Part shown: piece by piece, positions 28,568 through 38,060 of the stretch
How the letters are laid out: every line of letters begins with the position of its first letter
Numbering within the stretch: the first letter of the stretch is position 1
DNA from: Gemmatimonadales bacterium
GTDB lineage: Bacteria > Gemmatimonadota > Gemmatimonadetes > Gemmatimonadales > GWC2-71-9
DNA: 64,000 bases
Direction: 5' to 3'
Assembly: GCA_035488835.1 (NCBI GenBank)
Contig: DATHKX010000117.1
Coordinates: 11,971-75,970 of the forward strand
Translations under genes and position numbers: made by a program
The notes under the pieces: generated by a model
What the model saw: only the letters and a program-made list of their open reading frames with translations
Database searches by the model: none
Told to the model about the DNA's origin: nothing

Positions 28568-29794
28568 TCAATAACTCCAGCTGGTCCCAAACAAGAACCG
28601 TCCCCCATCGCTCCCGTGACCGTAGCCCATGCACAGGAGTGAGTTGCGCAGCAGGCGCACCGCCAACTCGGCGCCGCCGCTGCCGTGCAGGCCGGTGGTC
28701 GTGAGCCGTACCCCTTCGCCCGGCGCGAACACGCGACCGGCGTCGTAAAACACCACCAGCTTGACCTCCACCAGGCTCGGCACCAACAGCAGCGCGTAAC
28801 GTGCCTCCAGCCCGCCGATCAGCTTGCCGGGCCCCGTGAACCGACCGTTGTAGTACGCCCGGAGCGAGTAGTAACCGCCCACCGCTACGAAGGGCCGCTC
28901 CGAGGACTCCATCAGCTCCATTGCGGCAAGGGGCGGGTTCCCACCGGTGCCCTCCGCCGCCAGCCGCCCCGCCAGGACGAGCCGCTGGAATGGATGCACA
29001 TAGACCCGGGCGCTGGTCGTTGTGCGCGTATAACCCGTGCCACTCGCGAACAACACTTCCGCGGCAACGCCGCGATGCGGATCGATTTCGTGGTCCCGCG
29101 TATCCAGCACGACGCCGGCGCGGACCACCTTGTCGGTGAGCGGGATCGTGCCCGGATCGACCACCCCGGCGGCGAGATCGTCGTGAAACACACTCCGTCC
29201 CGGGAGGGCGCGGAAGTCGGAGTGGTCGATCGAAGCGCCGGCCAGGATCCGCAGCGGTCCGATCAGCCGGCGCTGCACGGTGGCGCGCGCGAACTGGGTG
29301 GTGCGGCTGACCTTGTAGAAATAGGACCCGGCGGTCGTGAGGCTGTCCCTCGAGTATTGCGTGTCGTTTCCCAGGCCGTAGTAGCCGAGTCGGTTCACGC
29401 GCACGGCCCCGAAGGTGAGTCCGGCCCGCCAGCCTGCCCACCACGCCGGTGCCTGGGCGTCCACGATGAACGCGTAGCTGCCCTGGGTACTGGCGCCTGC
29501 ATCGAGGTTGATCCACGCGAAGTTCGGCTCCGGCCGCTCGGCGAAGCCGACAGGACTGTACCGCCCATAGTGGAGCCCGACCCACAACCCGTCGCCGGGG
29601 CTGTGGGACAGATTGGGGTAGAGGTTGCTGCGCCAGTACCGCTGCGCCGAAAGCGCCGGGGCGATGGCCGCGAGCAGCGCGAGCGCGACGCTAGCGGCTC
29701 GCAGCGGGCCGCTCGTACAGATACGCCGTGTCTCGGAGCTTCGCCTCTTTACCGTCGTGGGCGGCGTAGCTCGCGGGATAGAGCGACGCCGCAC
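28568..29794 (-). CDS. Omp85/BamA-type (bacterial surface antigen) outer-membrane beta-barrel protein
   Basis: Track ORF 408 aa with alternating beta-strand pattern and a C-terminal ...RFLFGTSWSY aromatic terminus. Start uncertain: the listed start overlaps the upstream gene by 104 nt. Confidence 0.6.
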   Translation of the reverse strand: MRRRSIPRATPPTTVKRRSSETRRICTSGPLRAASVALALLAAIAPALSAQRYWRSNLYPNLSHSPGDGLWVGLHYGRYSPVGFAERPEPNFAWINLDAGASTQGSYAFIVDAQAPAWWAGWRAGLTFGAVRVNRLGYYGLGNDTQYSRDSLTTAGSYFYKVSRTTQFARATVQRRLIGPLRILAGASIDHSDFRALPGRSVFHDDLAAGVVDPGTIPLTDKVVRAGVVLDTRDHEIDPHRGVAAEVLFASGTGYTRTTTSARVYVHPFQRLVLAGRLAAEGTGGNPPLAAMELMESSERPFVAVGGYYSLRAYYNGRFTGPGKLIGGLEARYALLLVPSLVEVKLVVFYDAGRVFAPGEGVRLTTTGLHGSGGAELAVRLLRNSLLCMGYGHGSDGGRFLFGTSWSY

Positions 29795-30746
29795 CGAAGT
29801 CGCCGCGCTTGTTCACCGCGTAGAACTTGAGGTCGAACTTCGGCTTACCATCGGGGCCCAGCAGCCGCGGCTCGGTGAGCTGCACCACGCGCTTCAATGT
29901 CTCGAGGCACGCATCGCTGGGCTTCATCCCCCGGCGCATGAACTCGACCGTCAGGAAGCCGCCGCACACCTTGATATTCGACTCGCCGCGGCCGGTCGAG
30001 CCGGCGGCGCCGATATCATTGTCGGTGTACTGGCCGGCGCCGATGATCGGGCTGTCACCCACCCGGCCAGGGATCTTGAACGCCAGGCCGCTGGTGGTTG
30101 TTACGGAGGAGAGGTCGCCCTGGGGGGTGACGGCGTCACAGTTGATGGTTCCCGTGGGCCGGACGGACATGTCCTGGGCCTCGGGCACGTCCAGGTAATC
30201 GTCGGTCGGGTTCAGATTCGCCCGCCAGTGCAGCCAGACTTCGCGCGCGTGCGGGGTGAGGAGATCTTCCTCCTTGAAACCGTACTGGAGCGCGAACCGC
30301 TTCGCGCCCTCACCCACCAGGAAAATGTGGTTCGTGTACTTGAGCACCAGCTTCGCGACCTCGGAAGGCGTCTTGATCCCCTCGAGCGCACCCACTGCGC
30401 CGGCGCGTTTGGTGGGTCCGTGCATGCACGAGGCGTCGAGCTGCACCACGCCTTCGGCGTTGGGCAGGCCGCCGTAGCCCACCGAGTCGTCGTTCGGGTC
30501 GAGCTCCTGGATCTTCACCCCCTCGATCACCGCGTCGAGCGTGTCCGCCCCCTGGAGCAGCATGTCGAACGCCTTTTGCACGGCCCGCAATCCGTTCGCG
30601 CTCGAGACCGCGACGGGCTTCGCCACCCAGCGGCTCCGGTGTGGGAGGGGCCGAGGTGGGCGCATCGGGAACGGGATGTCGCCGGCCCGCGTGGCCGCGA
30701 CGCCGACGGCGGTGAGGAACGCGCGGCGCGACAGCAGATCGATCAC
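29691..30746 (-). CDS. Ntn-hydrolase, asparaginase-2 family (glycosylasparaginase / isoaspartyl peptidase) with Tat signal
   Basis: Track ORF 351 aa. SRRAFL twin-arginine motif, GYGGLPN, and GDSPIIGAG...GAAGSTGRGE family motifs. Confidence 0.8.
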   Translation of the reverse strand: MIDLLSRRAFLTAVGVAATRAGDIPFPMRPPRPLPHRSRWVAKPVAVSSANGLRAVQKAFDMLLQGADTLDAVIEGVKIQELDPNDDSVGYGGLPNAEGVVQLDASCMHGPTKRAGAVGALEGIKTPSEVAKLVLKYTNHIFLVGEGAKRFALQYGFKEEDLLTPHAREVWLHWRANLNPTDDYLDVPEAQDMSVRPTGTINCDAVTPQGDLSSVTTTSGLAFKIPGRVGDSPIIGAGQYTDNDIGAAGSTGRGESNIKVCGGFLTVEFMRRGMKPSDACLETLKRVVQLTEPRLLGPDGKPKFDLKFYAVNKRGDFGAASLYPASYAAHDGKEAKLRDTAYLYERPAASR

Positions 30747-30763
30747 AGCAGACTCCAGGTGAA

Positions 30764-31279
30764 ATGCGCGTGCGTAGGTTGCGCCGCCGGGCGGGCGCTG
30801 TCAACTTGCTCCCCGTGGACGTCACAGATCCGCCGAGCGTGCGCGGGGTGGTGCGCGGGATCCTGGGCGCGGCCATGGTGCTCGCCGGCCTCGCGCTCGT
30901 CGTCGTATCGACTACGGCGGGGCACATCGAATGGCGGCTCGCCGCGTTGGTGCTGGCGCTGTGGGGCGCATGGGGCTTCTTCGACTCGTTGTTCGGATGG
31001 GTGCTCGAGCCCCTCGGCGAGTTCGTGGGCAACGCGCTGACCGGCGGGTCGATGCCGGGCGGCACCACGATCACCATCCAGGACGAAACGGCGATGCTCG
31101 AGCACCTGGTCGCCGCCGATCCCCCGCCGCCGCCCCACCGGGTGGTGCTCGCCGGCATCCGCCTCGCTGAGATCTACCGCACGCACCAGCACGACGCCGC
31201 GAAAGCGGAGGCCGTCATCGCCCGGCTGGTCAGCCGGTATCCCGACGCGCCCGAGCTCAAGTATGTCCGCCCCGGTTGA
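30764..31279 (+). CDS. hypothetical membrane protein
   Basis: Track ORF 171 aa, GC3-rich, two TM segments. Its 3' end overlaps the GT2 start by 17 nt. The start is uncertain because it lies only 17 bp from the divergent gene. Confidence 0.5.
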   Translation: MRVRRLRRRAGAVNLLPVDVTDPPSVRGVVRGILGAAMVLAGLALVVVSTTAGHIEWRLAALVLALWGAWGFFDSLFGWVLEPLGEFVGNALTGGSMPGGTTITIQDETAMLEHLVAADPPPPPHRVVLAGIRLAEIYRTHQHDAAKAEAVIARLVSRYPDAPELKYVRPG

Positions 31280-31997
31280 GCTCTCGCTGGTCGTTCCGGT
31301 GTACAATGAGCGCGACAATCTACCGGTCCTGGTCGAGGAGATCGGCCGGGCGCTCGCCGGCCGGGGTGAGGGGGGGCGCTACGAGATCGTGGCCGTAGAC
31401 GACGGCTCGACCGACGGCTCGCTCGACGTGCTCAAGGCGCTGAAGCGGGAGCACTCCGAGATTCACATCGTGGCGTTCGCCGCGAACGCAGGGCAGACCG
31501 CCGCCTTCGCCGCGGGCTTCGGCGCGGCCCGCGGGCGCGTCATCGTCACGCTCGACGCCGATCTCCAGAACGATCCGGCCGACATTCCGGTCCTTCTTGC
31601 CGAGCTCGAACAGAGCGGAGCGGCGGCGGTCGCCGGGTACCGGGTGGATCGGCGGGACTCGAGCTGGAAGCGGCTGCAGAGCCGTATCGCCAACGGTGTG
31701 CGCAACCAGCTCAACCGCGAGACGATCCGCGATACCGGCTGCTCCCTCAAGGCGTTTCGCGCCGAGGCGCTGCGCGCGCTGCCGATGTTCAACGGGATGC
31801 ACCGCTTCCTGCCGACGCTCGTCAGGATGCAAGGGGGTCGGGTGACAGAGGTGCCCGTGCACCACCGGCCCCGCCGCTTCGGGAACACGAAGTACGGGAT
31901 GTGGAACCGTGTATTCCGCGCACTGGTGGATGCGCTGGCCGTGCGCTGGATGCAGCGCCGGGTGTTGCGCTACCGGGTGCGGGAGGAGCTGCCGTGA
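31263..31997 (+). CDS. GT2 polyprenol-phosphate glycosyltransferase (DPM1/GtrB/ArnC-like)
   Basis: Motifs VVPVYNERDNL, VDDGSTDGS and DADLQNDP. Confidence 0.85.
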   Translation: MSAPVELSLVVPVYNERDNLPVLVEEIGRALAGRGEGGRYEIVAVDDGSTDGSLDVLKALKREHSEIHIVAFAANAGQTAAFAAGFGAARGRVIVTLDADLQNDPADIPVLLAELEQSGAAAVAGYRVDRRDSSWKRLQSRIANGVRNQLNRETIRDTGCSLKAFRAEALRALPMFNGMHRFLPTLVRMQGGRVTEVPVHHRPRRFGNTKYGMWNRVFRALVDALAVRWMQRRVLRYRVREELP

Positions 31998-32332
31998 ACC
32001 ACGACGAATGGGTGCAGCAGATCGACCTCGAGCTGGACGGCGAGCTGAGTCTCCCCGAGCGCGCCGGGCTGGCACGCCACCTCGCGGCATGCCGGCACTG
32101 CGCCGAGGCGCGCGTGAGCCATCTCGAGCTGCGGGTCGCGTTCGCCCGCTCCGCCGGCGAGCCGCACGCGCGCACGGTACCGCGTCCGCGGATCCGCGGG
32201 CGCACGCTGGCGCTGTGGATGACGGCGAGCCTCGTCGCCGGCGCGACGGCGGGCTGGCTGGGACACATCCGGTGGGGCGGGCCGGGGTCGGAATCGATCG
32301 AGACCACTCGTGCGACCTTCCTGGCGCGCTAG
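31994..32332 (+). CDS. zf-HC2-type putative anti-sigma-like membrane protein
   Basis: GTG 31994 overlaps the GT2 stop (GTGA) with a GGGAGGAG RBS. H-x3-C-x2-C (HLAACRHC) and one TM segment. Confidence 0.55.
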   Translation: MNHDEWVQQIDLELDGELSLPERAGLARHLAACRHCAEARVSHLELRVAFARSAGEPHARTVPRPRIRGRTLALWMTASLVAGATAGWLGHIRWGGPGSESIETTRATFLAR

Positions 32333-33191
32333 CCTGGTCGTCGCGGCGCTGGGGGTGGGCGTGTGGGTAGGGGTCACCGCCGCGCCGCAGGCCCCGAGTT
32401 ACCGCGTGACCTACCACCTGCGGGTGGTCGAGCGCGCGGCCGGCGAGACGCGCCTGCTCGCCAGCGCCGCGGTCAGCGGCCCGCCGGAGACGGACTTGCG
32501 CCTCGCGCTGCAGGCCCGTGCGACGGAGCTCCACGGCTTGCTCGGCACCCTCCCCGAGCCGGACACGGTGAGCCTGGGCGGCGTGTTCTTCACGCGGCGC
32601 CTGGTCGGCCGGTCGCGTCGCGGGCTGCCGCTGTGGGAGGAAGACAGCTACCGCCGGTGGTCCCGGATCCCGTGGGGCGAGACGACCCTGCTGTACCCCT
32701 TCGGGCCGCCGGCCGTCGGCCAGCGGCGGGTGGTCTGGGTGGAGATCACCGTCAGCCGCGGGTTCGCGGCGGGGGAGACGCGAGCGAGCGAGGAAGTGAC
32801 CGTCATGGACAGTGGCGTCGGGTTCACCGCCCAGGCGGTGATCCCCCCGCGCCGCGTGATGGTTCGCATGACGCTGGTGCGTGGCGACACGGCGTCGAGC
32901 CAGCGTGCCGTCGATCTCGTGCCCGAGACGACCGGTCGCCGGGTCAGCTTCCAGCTGGGCCGCGAGACCTTCGACTTCGACGTCGCGCTGGAGCGGCCCG
33001 AGCCGCCCCGGACAGGCCGCGACAGCGCGCTCGCCGTCGCCATGGACGTCGTGTGCCTGCGGGTGATCGCGCCCGAGTCGCCCGAGACGGCGCGCGTCCG
33101 CTGCGGCCGGCTCGACAACATCGCCCGCCGCGTGGCCCTGGTCGGCGGCGACACGTTGATGGCCACGTTCGCCTGGCCACCGGCGCGCTGA
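32310..33191 (+). CDS. secreted hypothetical protein (no motif recognised)
   Basis: Track ORF 293 aa with a signal peptide (SLVVAALGVGVWVGVTAAPQA). Overlaps the upstream gene by 23 nt. GC3-rich. Confidence 0.55.
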   Translation: MRPSWRASLVVAALGVGVWVGVTAAPQAPSYRVTYHLRVVERAAGETRLLASAAVSGPPETDLRLALQARATELHGLLGTLPEPDTVSLGGVFFTRRLVGRSRRGLPLWEEDSYRRWSRIPWGETTLLYPFGPPAVGQRRVVWVEITVSRGFAAGETRASEEVTVMDSGVGFTAQAVIPPRRVMVRMTLVRGDTASSQRAVDLVPETTGRRVSFQLGRETFDFDVALERPEPPRTGRDSALAVAMDVVCLRVIAPESPETARVRCGRLDNIARRVALVGGDTLMATFAWPPAR

Positions 33192-33209
33192 GCACGGTAT
33201 TATCCAAGG

Positions 33210-34268
33210 ATGGTCCGGAAGCAACGGCTCGACCCTGCGATCTTCCACCTCCCCGTCGAGAAGATGCGGGAGGGCTACTACTCCGACAAATACTTCGTCC
33301 GCACACGCGAGCTGCTGCTCAAGGACGACCAGCGCCCGTGCGTGACGATGCAGGTGTTCGGCAAGGCGCCCGCTTTCCTCGGCGGCATCGACGAGGCGAT
33401 CGCGATTCTCAAGCTGTGCAGCATGGAGTGGCCGGAGCTCGAGGTCTACGCCCTGTACGACGGCGATGAGATAGCGCCGTGGGAGACCGTGCTCCTCATC
33501 GAGGGCCCGTACGATGCGTTCGCCCACCTCGAGACCCTGTACTTGGGCGTTCTCGCCCGCCGTACGAAAGTCGGGACCAACACCCGCCGGGTCGTGGAAG
33601 CGGCGAGGCCGAAGCAGGTGATGTTCTTCCCGGCCCGGCACGACCATTGGCTGGTCCAGACCGGTGACGGGTACGCGGCACACATCGCGGGCGCCATCGG
33701 CGTATCGACCGACGCGCAGGCTTCGTGGTGGGGCTCGGAAGGCGTCGGCACGGTGCCCCACGCGCTCATCGCCGCCTACGGCGGCGACACCGTGCTCGCC
33801 TCGAAAAAGTTCGCCGACCTCATGGACGGGGGCATGCGTCTCATCACCCTCGTCGACTTCGAGAACGACTGCGTCGGGACGGCGCTCAAGGTGGCCCGCG
33901 CGCTGGGCGAGCGGCTCTATGGCGTACGGATCGACACGTCGGAGACCCTCGTGGACAAGTCGGTGATTCCGCAAATGGGCACCTTCAAGCCGACGGGCGT
34001 CAACCCGCAGCTCGTCTGGAACGTGCGCCGGGCGCTCGACGGGGAGGGGTTCGAGCACGTGAAGATCGTCGTCTCGGGTGGGTTTACCGTCGAAAAGATC
34101 CGGCAGTTCGAAGAGCAGGAGGTGCCGGTGGACATGTACGGCGTGGGGTCGAGCCTGTTCCAGGGCCGCTTCGATTTCACCGCGGACGTGGTGCGGGTTG
34201 AAGGGAAGCCGCTGGCGAAGGTGGGCCGGAGCTACCGGCCCAACCCGCGCCTGGAGCGCGTGGAATGA
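33210..34268 (+). CDS. nicotinate phosphoribosyltransferase family protein (short, archaeal-type)
   Basis: Track ORF 352 aa. YYSDKYF N-terminus and GVGTVPHALI, typical of type II PRTases. Confidence 0.7.
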   Translation: MVRKQRLDPAIFHLPVEKMREGYYSDKYFVRTRELLLKDDQRPCVTMQVFGKAPAFLGGIDEAIAILKLCSMEWPELEVYALYDGDEIAPWETVLLIEGPYDAFAHLETLYLGVLARRTKVGTNTRRVVEAARPKQVMFFPARHDHWLVQTGDGYAAHIAGAIGVSTDAQASWWGSEGVGTVPHALIAAYGGDTVLASKKFADLMDGGMRLITLVDFENDCVGTALKVARALGERLYGVRIDTSETLVDKSVIPQMGTFKPTGVNPQLVWNVRRALDGEGFEHVKIVVSGGFTVEKIRQFEEQEVPVDMYGVGSSLFQGRFDFTADVVRVEGKPLAKVGRSYRPNPRLERVE

Positions 34269-34269
34269 T

Positions 34270-34297
34270 GTAGGCGCGCAGCATGCAGCGCCCCTAC
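34270..34297. terminator. imperfect 28-nt palindrome between convergent genes (possible bidirectional terminator)
   Basis: GTAGGCGCGCAGCATGCAGCGCCCCTAC, 12 of 14 positions pair. It overlaps the stop codon of the S9 peptidase gene. No U tract. Confidence 0.4.
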
Positions 34298-36282
34298 TTC
34301 AGGTGCTTGTCGTACCACACCAGATACCGCTCCAGCCGGTCGCGCCGGTAGCTCGGCTTGTTAATGGCGTGGTGTGTTCCCGGGTAGATCACCAGCTGGG
34401 TTTCCACGCCGAGGCTTCTGAGCGCCTGGTACATCTGCTCCGAGTTGAGGAGCGGCACGTTGAAGTCCTTGTCTCCGCACAGGAACAGGGTCGGCGTGTT
34501 GATCCGGTCGGCGTGCAGGAACGGGAATGACAGCCTGACCCAGGTGTCGACGGTCTTCCACGGCACGCCCAGCTCCCCCTCGTATTCCCGCACATACTGA
34601 TCGGTGCCGTAGCCGGCCAGCACGTTGGAGATGCTCGCCCCGCTCACCGCCGCCTTGAAGCGGTGGTCCTGGGCGATCACGTAGTTGGTGAGGATCCCGC
34701 CGTAGCTCCACCCGCCCACGCCCAGCCGCGCGGGATCGGCGAGCCCCTGCGCCACCACATAGTCGACCGCGGCGAGCACGTCCTGGGCATCCTTGTTCCC
34801 CCAGTCCGCGAAGATCGCCGTGGAAAATTGCTCTCCCCGGCCGGAGCTGCCGCGCGGGTTCGCCACGACCACGAGATAACCGTGGCCGGCCAGGGTCTGG
34901 AGCTGGAAGTCGAACTCGTGCTGGTACTGCGACACGGGCCCGCCGTGAATGCGCAGGATCGTCGGGTATCGCTTTCCCGACACGAAGTCGGGCGGCTTCA
35001 CCGCGAAGCCATTGATCGCCGTGCCGTCGCGGCTCTTGAAGCTGATCGGCTGCACGGCGCCCAGCTTGACCCGGGACAGCCACTCGTCGTTCTGGCGTGA
35101 CAGCGGGCGCAGCGTGGTGCCGTCCAGCGCGAACACTTCGGCGGGCACGAGCGCCGTGGACGCGAGCACAGCGACCTTGCCGTTCGCGCCGGCGGCGAAC
35201 GCGCTCACGACCCGGGAGCCCGATACGAGCCGCTCGATCGCGCCGCCTGCCGCCGGCACGCGCGCGAGCCCGACCGTCCGGTCGTCTTCGAGCAGGAAGT
35301 AGATGGATGACCCGTCGCCCGACCACACGGGGTTCGTCGCGTTACGATCGAGCCCAGCCGTGAGAATGCGGGGCGCGCCGCCGGCGGCCGGGACGACGGC
35401 GAGCTTCTGGACGGCGTAGTAGATGAGCTTGAGCGGGCCGCCCTGCAGGTACGCGATGGAGCGGCCGTCGGGGCTCCACGCGGGCCGGCTCTCGGTGTCG
35501 GGATCGTTGTCCGGGCCCTCGAACGTCGTGAGCTGCCGGGGCGCGACGCCTCCTCCCGGCGCGGCGTCGATCACATACAGGTCCCAATTGTTGTCGCGAT
35601 CGAAGTCGGGACGTCGCTTGCTCACGAATGCGAGGGACTTGCCGTCGGGCGACCAGGCGGGCAAGACCTCGTCGTAGTCCCCCGACGTCAGCATCGTCGT
35701 CTTCCCCGACTCCACGTCGAGGACGTAGAGGTGCCGGCGTTGCTTGCCGAGGTAGCCCTCCTCGTCCTGCTTGAACTGGAACCGGTCGATCACGATCGGA
35801 GGCGGGGTCTTTGGCTTGGTGGTATCCGCGTCCGCCACGACCAGCGCGATCCGCTTGGCGTCGGGTGCCCACACATAGTCGTCCACGTCGCTCGGCAGCG
35901 TGGTGGCTTTGCGCCCCTCGCCGCCCAGGCGGTCGAGCAGCCAGATCTGTGTGTGCTCGTCCTCGCGGCTCGAGAGGAACGCGAGCCACCGCCCGTCGGG
36001 GCTCCACCGCGGCGTGTTCTCGCCCTGTTTCGACGTGGTGAGCCGGACGTTGCGCGAGCCGTCCCAGCTCGCCATCCACACCGCGCTCTTGTTCTGATCC
36101 TCGGCTGTGTCGGAGGTCGAGACCGTGTAGGCCACCCAGGCGCCGTCCGGCGAGATCTGGGGCTCACGCACGTCCCGGACGCGCAGCACGTCGTCCAGCG
36201 AGAACGGCTGGGGCGGAGCCTGCGCGCCGAGTGCCGGCACGAGCGCCAGCGCGGCGAGCGTCGCAACAAGCTTCTCGATCAT
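34294..36282 (-). CDS. S9 prolyl oligopeptidase / acylaminoacyl-peptidase with N-terminal TolB-like propeller
   Basis: Start trimmed to ATG 36282 (MIEKLVATLAALALVPALGAQ). PD40 repeats (PRWSPDGRWLAFLS) and nucleophile elbow GGWSYGG. Confidence 0.85.
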   Translation of the reverse strand: MIEKLVATLAALALVPALGAQAPPQPFSLDDVLRVRDVREPQISPDGAWVAYTVSTSDTAEDQNKSAVWMASWDGSRNVRLTTSKQGENTPRWSPDGRWLAFLSSREDEHTQIWLLDRLGGEGRKATTLPSDVDDYVWAPDAKRIALVVADADTTKPKTPPPIVIDRFQFKQDEEGYLGKQRRHLYVLDVESGKTTMLTSGDYDEVLPAWSPDGKSLAFVSKRRPDFDRDNNWDLYVIDAAPGGGVAPRQLTTFEGPDNDPDTESRPAWSPDGRSIAYLQGGPLKLIYYAVQKLAVVPAAGGAPRILTAGLDRNATNPVWSGDGSSIYFLLEDDRTVGLARVPAAGGAIERLVSGSRVVSAFAAGANGKVAVLASTALVPAEVFALDGTTLRPLSRQNDEWLSRVKLGAVQPISFKSRDGTAINGFAVKPPDFVSGKRYPTILRIHGGPVSQYQHEFDFQLQTLAGHGYLVVVANPRGSSGRGEQFSTAIFADWGNKDAQDVLAAVDYVVAQGLADPARLGVGGWSYGGILTNYVIAQDHRFKAAVSGASISNVLAGYGTDQYVREYEGELGVPWKTVDTWVRLSFPFLHADRINTPTLFLCGDKDFNVPLLNSEQMYQALRSLGVETQLVIYPGTHHAINKPSYRRDRLERYLVWYDKHLK

Positions 36283-36318
36283 GCGGGACGCTAACCCGGG
36301 TCTTGCACTTCGTGCCAG

Positions 36319-36356
36319 AGTGAATATTTTTCCGTAACGATGAATATTCATGCACA
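36319..36356. promoter_or_regulatory. two ARG-box-like half-palindromes (putative ArgR operator) overlapping the argC start
   Basis: TGAATATTTTTCC at 36321 and the perfect palindrome ATGAATATTCAT at 36340, 20 bp apart. They resemble TNTGAATWWWWATTCANW. Confidence 0.35.
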
Positions 36357-37299
36357 AGTCCCGGTGGGCGTGCTGGGGGCGTCCGGCTACGTGGGGCAGG
36401 AGCTGCTGCGGCTTCTCGCCGGCCATCCGCGGGCCTCGGTGGCGTTCGCGACGGCTGAGTCGGCCGCGGGCGAGTGGCGCGAGGGCGTCGAGCTCGTGCG
36501 CATCGAGGACGCCCCCATCGCGCGCGCCGAAATCGTGCTCTCGGCGCTGCCACACGGCGTATCGGCGCGCTACGTGCAGGAGGCCCGGGGCCTCGGCAAG
36601 CGCGCGGTAGATCTGTCCGCCGACTTCCGCCTGTCCCCCGACGCGGTCTACGGGCTGACCGAGGTTACCCGTCCCCATGTCGCGGCGGCGGACCTCGTGG
36701 CGAACCCCGGCTGCTATCCCACTGCGGCGCTGCTCGCACTCCTCCCGCTCGCTCGGGGCGGTCTGATCGACGAGGCCCGGGAAGTGGTGATCGACGCCGC
36801 CTCAGGCGTCACGGGCGCGGGCCGGACGCTGAAGCGGGACCTCCTGTTCGGCGAGGTGGCCGAGGACTACCGCGCGTATTCGGCCGGCAACGAGCACCGC
36901 CACTTGCCGGAGCTCAGGGCGGCCCTCGCGCGTGAGAGCGGTTTCACGGGCGACCTCGTATTCACACCCCATTTGCTCCCCGTCAAGCGGGGCATTCTCG
37001 AGACGATTCACGTGCCGCTCACGCGCGCCATCGATCGAGCCACGGCGGAGGGGATCTACGAGTCGGTGTACGCCAACGAGCCGTGCGTGGCGGTGCTGCA
37101 TGGCGCGCTGCCGTCGCTCAAGGACGTTGTGTATCGCAATCGCGTGGCCATCGGCGTCGCGGCCGTAGCGAACGTCCGTCGGCCGCGTCTGACGGTGATC
37201 GCGGCGATCGACAACCTGGTGAAGGGTGCCGCGGGGCAGGCGATTCAGAACATGAACGTCATGCTCGGGCTGCCCGAGACGGCGGGGCTCACGTGCTGA
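36340..37299 (+). CDS. argC: N-acetyl-gamma-glutamyl-phosphate reductase
   Basis: VGVLGASGYVGQELLRLL and active-site NPGCYPTA. Confidence 0.92.
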   Translation: MNIHAQVPVGVLGASGYVGQELLRLLAGHPRASVAFATAESAAGEWREGVELVRIEDAPIARAEIVLSALPHGVSARYVQEARGLGKRAVDLSADFRLSPDAVYGLTEVTRPHVAAADLVANPGCYPTAALLALLPLARGGLIDEAREVVIDAASGVTGAGRTLKRDLLFGEVAEDYRAYSAGNEHRHLPELRAALARESGFTGDLVFTPHLLPVKRGILETIHVPLTRAIDRATAEGIYESVYANEPCVAVLHGALPSLKDVVYRNRVAIGVAAVANVRRPRLTVIAAIDNLVKGAAGQAIQNMNVMLGLPETAGLTC

Positions 37300-38060
37300 G
37301 CACTCGCGTCGTCAAGCTGGGCGGCAATGAGCTCGATCACCCCGCGTGGCTCGCGGCGTGCGCTCGGGCGCTCGTGCGGCTCGACCCCGTCGTGGTGGTC
37401 CACGGCGGTGGGCGGGCCGTCAGCGCGCTGTCGCGCCGGCTCGGGCTGCCGGTGGAGCGGCGCGACGGCCGGCGGGTCACGACCGCGGAAGTAGCGGAAG
37501 TGGTCGAGCTGGTCATGGGCGGTCCCGTGAACCGGCAGGTGGTCGCGGCGCTGCGCGCCGCGGGACTCGATGCGGTGGGGCTGTCGGGCGTGGACGGCGG
37601 GTTGCTCACCGCCCAGCCCGCCCCCGGCGAGTTGGGGCACGTGGGCGAGATCGCCGAGGTGCGCGTGGCCTTGCTCGAGAGCTTCCTGCTCGCGGGGCTC
37701 ACACCCGTGATCGCCCCCATGGCTCCGAACGCCTCCGGCGCGGACGGGCCACCCCTCAACGTGAACGCGGACGACGCGGCGGCGGCGGTGGCCGGTGCGC
37801 TCCGGGCCGCCGAGCTGCTGTTGGTCTCGGACGTGCCGGGCGTGGAGGTCGACGGGGCGATCCGGCCGGCGCTCGAGGCGGGCGACGTCGAGACGCTCAT
37901 CGAGCTGGGTGTGGCGACCGATGGCATGGCGGCCAAGCTCCGCGCGGCGACGGCCGCGTTGCGTGCCGGAGCGCGTGCCGTCCGCATCGGCGACCTGCAT
38001 CTCCTGGACGACGCCGGAGCGGGCACCCGGATTCTCGCTCCCGCCGTACAGCCGGCGTGA
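37293..38060 (+). CDS. argB: acetylglutamate kinase
   Basis: GTG 37293 overlaps the argC end. VVKLGGN, VVVHGGG and NVNADDAA. Confidence 0.88.
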   Translation: MLSTRVVKLGGNELDHPAWLAACARALVRLDPVVVVHGGGRAVSALSRRLGLPVERRDGRRVTTAEVAEVVELVMGGPVNRQVVAALRAAGLDAVGLSGVDGGLLTAQPAPGELGHVGEIAEVRVALLESFLLAGLTPVIAPMAPNASGADGPPLNVNADDAAAAVAGALRAAELLLVSDVPGVEVDGAIRPALEAGDVETLIELGVATDGMAAKLRAATAALRAGARAVRIGDLHLLDDAGAGTRILAPAVQPA

